From: Promethearchaeia archaeon
GTDB lineage: Archaea > Asgardarchaeota > Lokiarchaeia > Sigyniarchaeales > SOKP01
Direction of reading: 5' to 3'
Assembly: GCA_029856145.1 (NCBI GenBank)
Contig: JAHQWK010000001.1
Span: forward strand, 448,001-512,000
Length of the DNA stretch: 64,000 bases
Shown here: positions 49,795 through 58,346 of the stretch, piece by piece
Layout: each line of letters begins with the position of its first letter
How positions within the stretch are numbered: the first letter of the stretch is position 1
Translations under genes and position numbers: made by a program
Notes under the pieces: generated by a model
Told to the model about the DNA's origin: nothing
What the model saw: the letters and a program-made list of their open reading frames with translations, nothing else
Database searches by the model: none

Positions 49795-50457
49795 CTATTT
49801 ATTATCGTATGTTTCATTGAGTGATGTAATAAACTCTTTTTTAGTTAACTTAAAGCCTTGTCTAAGCGCTCTAACTATTATTTTTCTCCCAATTGGGATT
49901 TTAAGCATTGATGAGTCTTCTTCAACTATTTTAATACCCATATCTGTAAATTCTAATTGTTTCCTTAAATTTTGCTCAGCTATATCTTTTGAAGGAAATG
50001 CTATTAAACATAAGTCTCCATAATCATTCACTTCATCCTTTACCTCTAAAAATCTTACAACTTCTCTTAAATAATTTCTAAATGTTTCTTTTGCTACCTG
50101 CTTTAATCTTTCATAATTTTTATGTGATTTCGAGCATTGGGAATCCGTTTGATCATTTGCCAAATAGATAGGAAAATTCTCCTCTATAATTTTATTAAAA
50201 CTCTCTTGAGTTTTCCCATTTAGTAATAATTGTTTACCAGAATCCAATGTAATTTTAATTTGTTTTAAAGTACCAGATCTTGCCTCGCTTTTTGCCCAAT
50301 AATCATAGAAAGTTTTGACGATTGGTTTGACAATGAAGTTTAATAAACCTGTATCTAATTCAGTATCGATTAATTTTCTTCCTAATTCTAAAGATTTTTG
50401 CATTTGCTCAATCATTCGTTCCTTTATAATCAAGTAATTTCTCTCTAAGTAATCCAA
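49795..50457 (-). CDS. Uncharacterised helical protein, paralog B
   Basis: Aligns end to end with 49025-49684; CGGAG upstream of TTG. Confidence 0.8.
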   Translation of the reverse strand: MDYLERNYLIIKERMIEQMQKSLELGRKLIDTELDTGLLNFIVKPIVKTFYDYWAKSEARSGTLKQIKITLDSGKQLLLNGKTQESFNKIIEENFPIYLANDQTDSQCSKSHKNYERLKQVAKETFRNYLREVVRFLEVKDEVNDYGDLCLIAFPSKDIAEQNLRKQLEFTDMGIKIVEEDSSMLKIPIGRKIIVRALRQGFKLTKKEFITSLNETYDNK

Positions 50458-50649
50458 TATTAAATCTCCGTATATATTTTAAAACAAAAATATAAATTCT
50501 CAAATAATTATTATAAAAAGACTTCTATTCTTTTAAAATGATTTCATAATCATTATACTATTAATTTTATGTGTTCAAAAATCTTTATAATCGAAATAAA
50601 ATTAATCAATCAATAGAAATTGAAAAAAAAAGTTTGAATTTTCTATAAA

Positions 50650-53600
50650 ATGTCAATTTTTTATTTTCGAACTTTGTTGCTTGGTTCAGACCCTGATACT
50701 ATTCATTTTTATATATCAAGAGCTTTTGGTGAACCTGGCGAAGATAAGGAGACTTATGTCTCATGGTATAAAGAATTAAACGTCTTAGATAATAAATGTG
50801 ATTTAGAAATTGATGCTCTTACAAGTTTTTCTGCTAATTTAGATGAAATAATTCCAACGGTAGATGGAATTGTTTATTTTTTAAATCCTACAATTCAGGA
50901 AGAGTCAGAACTTTTTGAAATGATACTTCCGGATATTTTTTCCGTAAAACGGGATATCCCTACGATTATTATGTTTTATGATCAAAATGGAATTCTTCCT
51001 ATCTCTATTAATGATTTATTAACACATATATGGGTTAATTTTCCTAGCCTTGAAGCATTTGTGAATCTTCCTCCTAACGATTTTCATCAAACTCTCCAAT
51101 CTTTATGCTTAGCTATGATTAATGGAGATACGCCATTAAATATAGAAAATGCATGGATGCGATTTCCAATATTTATACAAATGGCAAATATCTATTTTAA
51201 TAACAAAAATTACTTTTATGCCGCTCAAGCTATCAGAAAAGCAGCTCAAATTGCAGAGATCTATAATAAAGAAGAATTTTTTATAATCAGTGAACAAGCA
51301 GCATACCTTTTTTCCAAAATGAATTTATATTTAGAAGCAAGTAAAATTTTAGAAAAAGTAGATAAACGGAAATCAAGAAATTTCAAGAAGTTATATGCTG
51401 AAGCTATAGTAAGAGAGGGCAATCATTTTTTCAAAAGGAATGAATATGAAAAAGCAGCTAGAAGCTATGAAAGAGCAGCTCAATGGTCAAGTATAGAATT
51501 ATTAGATAAAAAACTTATTAATGAAGCATTTAGATTAGCTATAAATTCGTGGATTTCTGCATGTAGTGTTGAGGATGCTTTTAGAATTTTTCTAAGTTTA
51601 CCTCATAAAGAGGTTATCACCATTTTAAAAGAAATTTCGGATAAAATTTGTGCTGCAGCTGATTATTTGGCAAGTATTAATAATTTTGAATTAGCAAGAG
51701 AACAGCTATATAGCGCAGTTAACAGATATCAATTGGAGGATCTTTTTGATGAATTAAAAAACTTGACTACCAAACTTTCCGAAGTTCTAATTGAACTTTT
51801 TAAGCATCAAGTAAAAGAACAAAAAAAACATGCTGCTAGAAATACTTATGATGAGATTGAAAACATGTGGATCTCTTATAAGGTAAAAAAAGTAGATTTA
51901 AATTTGACTCTAGAAGAGTTGATTAATCAATTTTTTGAAGTTAATAATTTTGGAATGGCTACAATATTAATAGATAAATTAAGTTCAAGAAAATCCAAAC
52001 AACAATTAGCAAAAGTTAGAGATGAGCTCGAAGATAAATATAGAGCTTTGAAAAAGAAAGAAGTAGAAGACAATATCAATAAAGGAGTTCAAGTTATAAG
52101 AGATTTTGGCGAAGTTGAACGAGAAATACTTATAGAGATGAATTCTCAAAAAATAACTGAAGTAAATGAATTTATTAAACATAATAGTTATTTAACAGCA
52201 GCAAATCTGCTGAAAAAACAAGCAGAATATCTTAAAAGTATTGGAAAAGATGAAATAAGGGATCAAATTCTAACAAAATCTTTAGACATCTTGTTAGATG
52301 GTTTAGAATTTGAAAATTTCTTCATAACTTGTAATACACTCTCAGGTGAAATGAAAACCAAATATTTAACTAGAATTTTTCCAAAATATATTCAAAAATT
52401 AAATGAACTTAAGGATTCTGAGGATTATCTAAGAAAAGAAAGAATTTTTGAGAATTCAATCAGAATTTACCGAGATCAAATGCTTTATGACCATTCAAAA
52501 GAAATAAGCTTACTTTTCATAAAACTTGTTAAAACTGAAGCCTTAAGGATATTGGAGAGCGAAGATAATCTCTCTGCTGTCAATAAAGCTGAAGTTTTAA
52601 TCAAAAAAGCTCTAAATATAACTTCAGCATATCTGGAAAAAGAGGAAAATATTAAAATTACTTTTAACAAAATCTATAAAAAAATTACTGAAATTTATAT
52701 TGAATTAGATAACTTGCATTTAGCACACGTTTATAATGATAAAATTGAAAAACCAACTTACAAAATAGAACTCAATAAGAAAATAGAGAAACTTGAAGCT
52801 AAGAAAAGTGAAATTAGATCTAAAAAAGCTAAGGAAACACGTAAAGGAGAAGAATTAAAGGAAAAAGATTCAATTATCGAAAAAAGAGCGCAAGAAGCGA
52901 GATTAGATAAAGAAAATGATATGAAAGAACGAAAAGGATTAATAAGAGGATATTTCAAAGATGGTTTGAGTTATTTAAAATCCCAACAGTATGATGAAGC
53001 GCTTGAGATCTACAAAAATACAATGAATCGATTAAATTTGACTAAAAAATATAAATTAGCAGGAGTTTCTTTAGCCATAGCAAGTTTAATACTTATGAAA
53101 CAAAATAAATTTGAACAAGCGAGGAATTTATTAAATGAGACAAAAAAGAAATTATCTGGTTTAGCTAAATTATTTTCTGAAACATTTGCGGTTACATTGA
53201 TCGAATATGTTATTGATTTGAAGAGTTTTCAAGATGAAGAAAAATTGAAAGAATCACTGCACTTTTTTGAAATACTCCCATTATTTGAAGAGGAATTATT
53301 TTTATTATATGATCTAATAGGCGAAGAATATCAAAAGGAAGAAAAGCGTGAAAAAACTATTGAGACGTTCGCAAAACAAAAAGAAATTGAAAGGATTGTT
53401 AAAAAGCTAGCAGGATCTATTGAAAAAAAAACACATCACATAAAACAACGAGAGGCAATCAAAAGCCAATATTGGAGACTTATATTAGATGATATCTTTA
53501 ATGGAAAAATGATAAATGCATCAATAGGTTATTTTGACATAATACCAAAACTAATCAAAGAAGGTTATATTAAACTAGCTGCAGTTAGTTTGATCTTAGG

Positions 53601-54378
53601 TTCGATAATCCTTATTAATGAAAAAACAGTTAAAATTTCTGAAGAAACATTCCAGAAACATGTAGATGAAAATAAATCTGATTTAAAGCCTCTTCCAGAA
53701 ATCGAGATTATGAAGTATTTTTTCCCTGCAATAAGAAATGATGAAAAATCGGTTATTAAACTAATCATTGATTCATTTATCGAGAAATTGGTTTTGTTCG
53801 AACCTGAAATTCAGATATTAAGAAATATTGCTGGAGAAGAAATTTCGGAAGAAGAAGAAATTGAAGAAATGTCAAGAAAAGAATATGGAAAATTATCAAA
53901 AATACGAATAGATTTTGAGCAAAGATATGGCAAACTACATTCTAAACAAGGAGATGCTAGAAGAGATAAAGAAAATTCATTAAAGAAAAGAAAACCAATG
54001 AGAAAGAGGTATTATTTATTGATATTAGAGTTGTTGGAAACAAAAAAATTTAAGGAGGGTGCAGAAAAATACTTAGAATTAGCATATAGTTTCTCTAAAA
54101 GGAAAGATCTCGAGAGTAGTTCATTAATGGTGATTTTTTATGGATTAGCTCTTTTAAAGGCAGAAGAACCCTTAAAATCAATTAAAAAGAATATTAATAT
54201 TTATTTAAATAGCTTAGGAGTTAACAAAAAATTGGTCGAAGAAACATTTTATATTATGCTAATTATGTTTCTGATTGATGTAAAACTATATAATTTTGAC
54301 AAATTTTTGCCTAAAATTAAAGAAATATTGGAGATACTGCCTATGTTCGAAGAAGAGAAGGTTTTAATTGAAGAATAA
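50650..54378 (+). CDS. Large alpha-solenoid (TPR/SNAP-like) protein with N-terminal degenerate small-GTPase domain
   Basis: N-terminus follows Ras-like strand order without G motifs; TPR-like A..YERAA helices; three C-terminal repeats. Confidence 0.7.
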   Translation: MSIFYFRTLLLGSDPDTIHFYISRAFGEPGEDKETYVSWYKELNVLDNKCDLEIDALTSFSANLDEIIPTVDGIVYFLNPTIQEESELFEMILPDIFSVKRDIPTIIMFYDQNGILPISINDLLTHIWVNFPSLEAFVNLPPNDFHQTLQSLCLAMINGDTPLNIENAWMRFPIFIQMANIYFNNKNYFYAAQAIRKAAQIAEIYNKEEFFIISEQAAYLFSKMNLYLEASKILEKVDKRKSRNFKKLYAEAIVREGNHFFKRNEYEKAARSYERAAQWSSIELLDKKLINEAFRLAINSWISACSVEDAFRIFLSLPHKEVITILKEISDKICAAADYLASINNFELAREQLYSAVNRYQLEDLFDELKNLTTKLSEVLIELFKHQVKEQKKHAARNTYDEIENMWISYKVKKVDLNLTLEELINQFFEVNNFGMATILIDKLSSRKSKQQLAKVRDELEDKYRALKKKEVEDNINKGVQVIRDFGEVEREILIEMNSQKITEVNEFIKHNSYLTAANLLKKQAEYLKSIGKDEIRDQILTKSLDILLDGLEFENFFITCNTLSGEMKTKYLTRIFPKYIQKLNELKDSEDYLRKERIFENSIRIYRDQMLYDHSKEISLLFIKLVKTEALRILESEDNLSAVNKAEVLIKKALNITSAYLEKEENIKITFNKIYKKITEIYIELDNLHLAHVYNDKIEKPTYKIELNKKIEKLEAKKSEIRSKKAKETRKGEELKEKDSIIEKRAQEARLDKENDMKERKGLIRGYFKDGLSYLKSQQYDEALEIYKNTMNRLNLTKKYKLAGVSLAIASLILMKQNKFEQARNLLNETKKKLSGLAKLFSETFAVTLIEYVIDLKSFQDEEKLKESLHFFEILPLFEEELFLLYDLIGEEYQKEEKREKTIETFAKQKEIERIVKKLAGSIEKKTHHIKQREAIKSQYWRLILDDIFNGKMINASIGYFDIIPKLIKEGYIKLAAVSLILGSIILINEKTVKISEETFQKHVDENKSDLKPLPEIEIMKYFFPAIRNDEKSVIKLIIDSFIEKLVLFEPEIQILRNIAGEEISEEEEIEEMSRKEYGKLSKIRIDFEQRYGKLHSKQGDARRDKENSLKKRKPMRKRYYLLILELLETKKFKEGAEKYLELAYSFSKRKDLESSSLMVIFYGLALLKAEEPLKSIKKNINIYLNSLGVNKKLVEETFYIMLIMFLIDVKLYNFDKFLPKIKEILEILPMFEEEKVLIEE

Positions 54379-54387
54379 AAAGATTTT

Positions 54388-55311
54388 TTAATCGGCCATA
54401 TTAGCATAATTTTGTAAATCCTTGACACGCATTCTCAGAGTAACTTCAGTAACCCTAGCTAATTTTGAAATTTCTTTTTGAGTTCGGTTCTCATTACAAA
54501 TTTTCGAACCAATATAAATAGCTGCTGCTGCTATCCCTTTAGGATCCTTTCCCGCCGAATTAAATCCACTTTCCCTAGCTTTTTCAATAATTTTAACAGC
54601 TATATTTCGACATTTCATAGATAGCTTTAATTCTTCATTAAATTTATCTACATAACGCTCACTAGAAAAGTGAGTCACTTTCAAACCTAATTTCGGCAAT
54701 ACTTCCATCAAAATTAAACGATAACTTTTGATCACTTTTTTTTTAGGAATTTGTGCAACTTTTGTAATCTCTTCGGCAGTTCTGGGTATTCCATGGACTC
54801 GTAAAGCCGCAAAAATCGAAGCTGATAATAGGGTATCAATACTACGACCCATTGTTAATTTCTTTTTTACTGTTTGAGTATAAATCCGAAGTGCATCCTC
54901 TGCAACCGCATCAGGAATTCCTAATCTCTTTTGTAAACGCTGTAAATTTGGTAAAGCAATCCATAAATTTCTTTCATAGCTAGTTGTTAGTGATCTATGT
55001 ATTTTAGCTAATCTATTGAACTTTGACTTATATTTTGGACTTAATAACGTACCTCTGGCATCTCTAGAACCTCTAATAATGGTTCTTGGGCCAATAGGAC
55101 TGTATACTCTCTCGTTACTTTTTCTTTTTTGGATTTCTTCTTGAGTAAAAGCTCTCCGAGGACTATCATCAAGAATACGAGAATATACAAATCCGCAATT
55201 TAAACACACATACCAGCCATCCTCTTCCGAAATTTTTGGGCTGTCACAGCAAGGGGGTCCTTCTTCGGTGCCATCTTCAAAAAAATCATCATCTTCAAAA
55301 TGTGCTGGCAT
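54388..55311 (-). CDS. tfb: Transcription initiation factor IIB
   Basis: Zn ribbon ...VCLNCG, RAF, ERNL..A, GRS, PRT..EI, GKDPKGIAAAAIY, TQKEI...VTEVTLR. Confidence 0.93.
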   Translation of the reverse strand: MPAHFEDDDFFEDGTEEGPPCCDSPKISEEDGWYVCLNCGFVYSRILDDSPRRAFTQEEIQKRKSNERVYSPIGPRTIIRGSRDARGTLLSPKYKSKFNRLAKIHRSLTTSYERNLWIALPNLQRLQKRLGIPDAVAEDALRIYTQTVKKKLTMGRSIDTLLSASIFAALRVHGIPRTAEEITKVAQIPKKKVIKSYRLILMEVLPKLGLKVTHFSSERYVDKFNEELKLSMKCRNIAVKIIEKARESGFNSAGKDPKGIAAAAIYIGSKICNENRTQKEISKLARVTEVTLRMRVKDLQNYANMAD

Positions 55312-55511
55312 AGTTTTTAAAATGCAAAAGGACGGTAATTGAATTTTTAATTTTTTTCCTTAGAAATACATAAATTAAAAAATATATAAGTGTAATCTAT
55401 TTCAAATTAACTTGTGAAAATTTATATCTTTATCTTTTTAACTAGTATAGTAATAAATAATAATAAAAATTAAATCAACCTATTAATAATAAAGAAAAAT
55501 CGTTATTTGTA

Positions 55512-56750
55512 ATGTCTACTGAAGTCTCTAGCTTGATAAAAGTCATCTCTAAATTTTTAGACCCGAAATCTGCTAAAGTTAGTAAATTAAAAGAAATTGA
55601 TGACATTTTAAAATTACATATTGATTCTTATAAATTTATTGATAAAGAAGAATTCACAATCATTAAGCAATTATTGGACATCACGACCATTGGAGATGCC
55701 TCAAAGTTAAATAAAGATGACCCGTTTGGGAGTCTTATTGAAATTGAAGAAACGGATGATTCTATAGAATTAGCAATAGACTTGCAGAAAAAAATTGAGG
55801 AATTAAAAGAAAAATACCCTTTTCTTGAAACTAAATTAAAGAAAACAGGCACAATTAGTTCACTTATTGCGAGTATTAAAGAGGAAAAAGAAGGAATAGA
55901 GATTAAAGGTCAAAAAGTTCTTGTATGTGGTTTAGACGCAGCTGGGAAAACATCATTGTTATCCAAATTTGGAGGACGTTTAGGAATAAGTGATATGATC
56001 GCAACACATCCAACAAAAGGAGTGGTACGAATGAAATTTGGCACTAGCAATTTGAATCTATTTATATGGGATTTGGGTGGTCAAGAGGAATATAGAGAAA
56101 GATATTTAAATAATCCAGAGCAATATTTTGTCCAATTGGATTTATTAATGTTTGTAATTGATGTACAGGATCCTGATAGATTTGAAGAATCTCTTCAATA
56201 TTTTGATAAGATAATAGATTCAATAATCTTGTTAGAGGAAACTCCCTATATATTAATATTCATTCATAAGTATGATCCTGATCTGAAAAATGACCCAAAA
56301 ATACTCTTAAATGTTGAACTTTTAAAGGATAACTTAAATGAACTTTTAAAAAGTAAAACGAGCGAATTTGAGCTTGAGATCTATTTAACATCAATATATT
56401 CTCTTATTTCTCGTGAACCTCAGTTTGCTAAATATATAAAGAATTTGATGAGTGCAAGTTCTTCTCTAACTGATCCGACAGTACGAAAAGTGGAGGGTCT
56501 TGGAAAGACTTTAGAAGAAACTTTGAATGCTGTAATTCGTTTATCAGAAAGTATTTCTATGCAACTCAGCGATCTTGATAATCGACTTCGAGCAATAGAG
56601 TCAGGAGCGTTTCAAGTTGCTCAAAGTGGTATTCCAATTGAAATTGCTAATCCCAATCAGCCAACCGCAAGGCGTCAAGAAAATGTACGTTTAAATGTCC
56701 TTAATGAGTTAAAAGATTTATTTAGCAAGAGGAAAAGTCTAGACCTTTAA
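55512..56750 (+). CDS. Multidomain Arf/Rag-like small GTPase (N-terminal HhH-like domain, C-terminal coiled coil)
   Basis: GLDAAGKTS, PTKG, WDLGGQ, HKYD, TSIY. Confidence 0.85.
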   Translation: MSTEVSSLIKVISKFLDPKSAKVSKLKEIDDILKLHIDSYKFIDKEEFTIIKQLLDITTIGDASKLNKDDPFGSLIEIEETDDSIELAIDLQKKIEELKEKYPFLETKLKKTGTISSLIASIKEEKEGIEIKGQKVLVCGLDAAGKTSLLSKFGGRLGISDMIATHPTKGVVRMKFGTSNLNLFIWDLGGQEEYRERYLNNPEQYFVQLDLLMFVIDVQDPDRFEESLQYFDKIIDSIILLEETPYILIFIHKYDPDLKNDPKILLNVELLKDNLNELLKSKTSEFELEIYLTSIYSLISREPQFAKYIKNLMSASSSLTDPTVRKVEGLGKTLEETLNAVIRLSESISMQLSDLDNRLRAIESGAFQVAQSGIPIEIANPNQPTARRQENVRLNVLNELKDLFSKRKSLDL

Positions 56751-56759
56751 ATCTTTAGC

Positions 56760-57479
56760 CTATTCTTTTTTAAAAGATTTCATAATCTTCTTATAGAATG
56801 TTAACAAAAAAATAGCAAAAAATATACTAATCGAGAGTAATAGATACCCTATATTACTAATCAACATTGTATTAATTTCTTGATATTGAATTTCATATGC
56901 TACAAACTGTTCTAAGTAGGTTAGCATTTTATATATTAGTGGACCGGTTAAATAGAGCGTTATTAAAAATCCTATTATACCAAAAATGCAACCAAATATG
57001 ACATCTGTAGGGTAATGCACACCAAGCTGAATTCTTGAAAATGAAACCATAATCACAAGTAAAAATAGTAAAATACAAATAATTGGTGATTTCGTAAAAA
57101 ACAAACCAAATAATAAACCTTGTGCCATAACATTATACGAATGCCACGACGGAAAACTTCTCGAAGTAGGTTTTCGTTCAAAAACAATTATTTCACCTTC
57201 TTCAAATCTTTCAAATGGCCTTTTTCTTTTTACTGTTTGTTTTATCACTAATATTAGAATTAATCCAGTAAGAAATGTAGCGGAGATATAGGCTAATAAA
57301 AAAGGATCATACCAAATAAATAAATAAAAAGCAATTAAGAAAAGCCATAAAGTTTCTCTTCCAAAAAAAGAAATAAATCTTAAAATGATTGTGAATGGTT
57401 TACCCCCTAAACCATTGTATTTCATAATAATTCTTTGGTCCCATTGGTCAATTCTATTTGAAAATTCTTTGAAATCCAT
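56760..57479 (-). CDS. PAP2-family membrane phosphatase
   Basis: K..VKRKRP, SFPS.H, SRIQLGVHYPTDV. Confidence 0.9.
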   Translation of the reverse strand: MDFKEFSNRIDQWDQRIIMKYNGLGGKPFTIILRFISFFGRETLWLFLIAFYLFIWYDPFLLAYISATFLTGLILILVIKQTVKRKRPFERFEEGEIIVFERKPTSRSFPSWHSYNVMAQGLLFGLFFTKSPIICILLFLLVIMVSFSRIQLGVHYPTDVIFGCIFGIIGFLITLYLTGPLIYKMLTYLEQFVAYEIQYQEINTMLISNIGYLLLSISIFFAIFLLTFYKKIMKSFKKE

Positions 57480-57502
57480 AATAGTTTGTATGTCTTGGTT
57501 TT

Positions 57503-58297
57503 TTAATGTGGATTTAATAACTTATAAGCTTCAATCACTTTAGGGATTTGATCTTTAAAATAGTCTAATGAATGTGAATCAGATCCAACAAAAAATTCTA
57601 CTCCTTCTTTCCTTAACTGCTTCATAACACTCATGGATGGAAATGATCTATTTATTGGAAATCGCAATCCAGATAAATTTAATTCTACTTTTATTTTGTT
57701 TTTTATACATAGGCGACCTAAATCTATTACTCGATTATCAGATACATCACAATCATCTGTAGGTATGCAATCATTATTATTAATATAACGAAAGATAGTA
57801 TCAATATGACAGATATTTTTAAAAATTTGCGAGTTAATCATTTTTGTACTTAATTCAAAATAATTATCTATAATCTGTTTCATTGGAATTTTTTCTAACA
57901 ATTTTGTTAACCCCTCTCTTGTTGTAATGGGATATCCAATTATCCATTCGTGAATAGATCCTCCAATAAAATCAAATTCTTTCCCATAATCATCCATAAA
58001 TTCAATTAATTGAATCTCTTTACTCTCATAGTATTCAATTTCTAAGCCACTGAGTATGAAATCATATGTTTCTTTATATATATCGATCTCTTCAAGATAA
58101 TCATTAACTCTTCCATTATAAAAGGGATTAGTCTTGTCATTTTCCACATAATAAAGTTCATAATGGTCAAGAAAACAGACATTAATTTGGTGTTCTTCAG
58201 CAACTTTTATATAATCTTCAAAAGTAGGACCGTCTTGTGCCACATCTCCGCTCCAATTTCTAGTATGAACATGAAAATCTGTAAATTTAAACTTCAT
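57503..58297 (-). CDS. PHP-domain phosphatase (histidinol-phosphatase HisJ/HisK family)
   Basis: DFHVHT, DH, GLEIEY, GSIH, HID, GSDSH. Confidence 0.87.
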   Translation of the reverse strand: MKFKFTDFHVHTRNWSGDVAQDGPTFEDYIKVAEEHQINVCFLDHYELYYVENDKTNPFYNGRVNDYLEEIDIYKETYDFILSGLEIEYYESKEIQLIEFMDDYGKEFDFIGGSIHEWIIGYPITTREGLTKLLEKIPMKQIIDNYFELSTKMINSQIFKNICHIDTIFRYINNNDCIPTDDCDVSDNRVIDLGRLCIKNKIKVELNLSGLRFPINRSFPSMSVMKQLRKEGVEFFVGSDSHSLDYFKDQIPKVIEAYKLLNPH

Positions 58298-58346
58298 AAA
58301 ATAACAAGATTGATAATTAAAGAAGAAAAATAAAAATTTGGATTAA

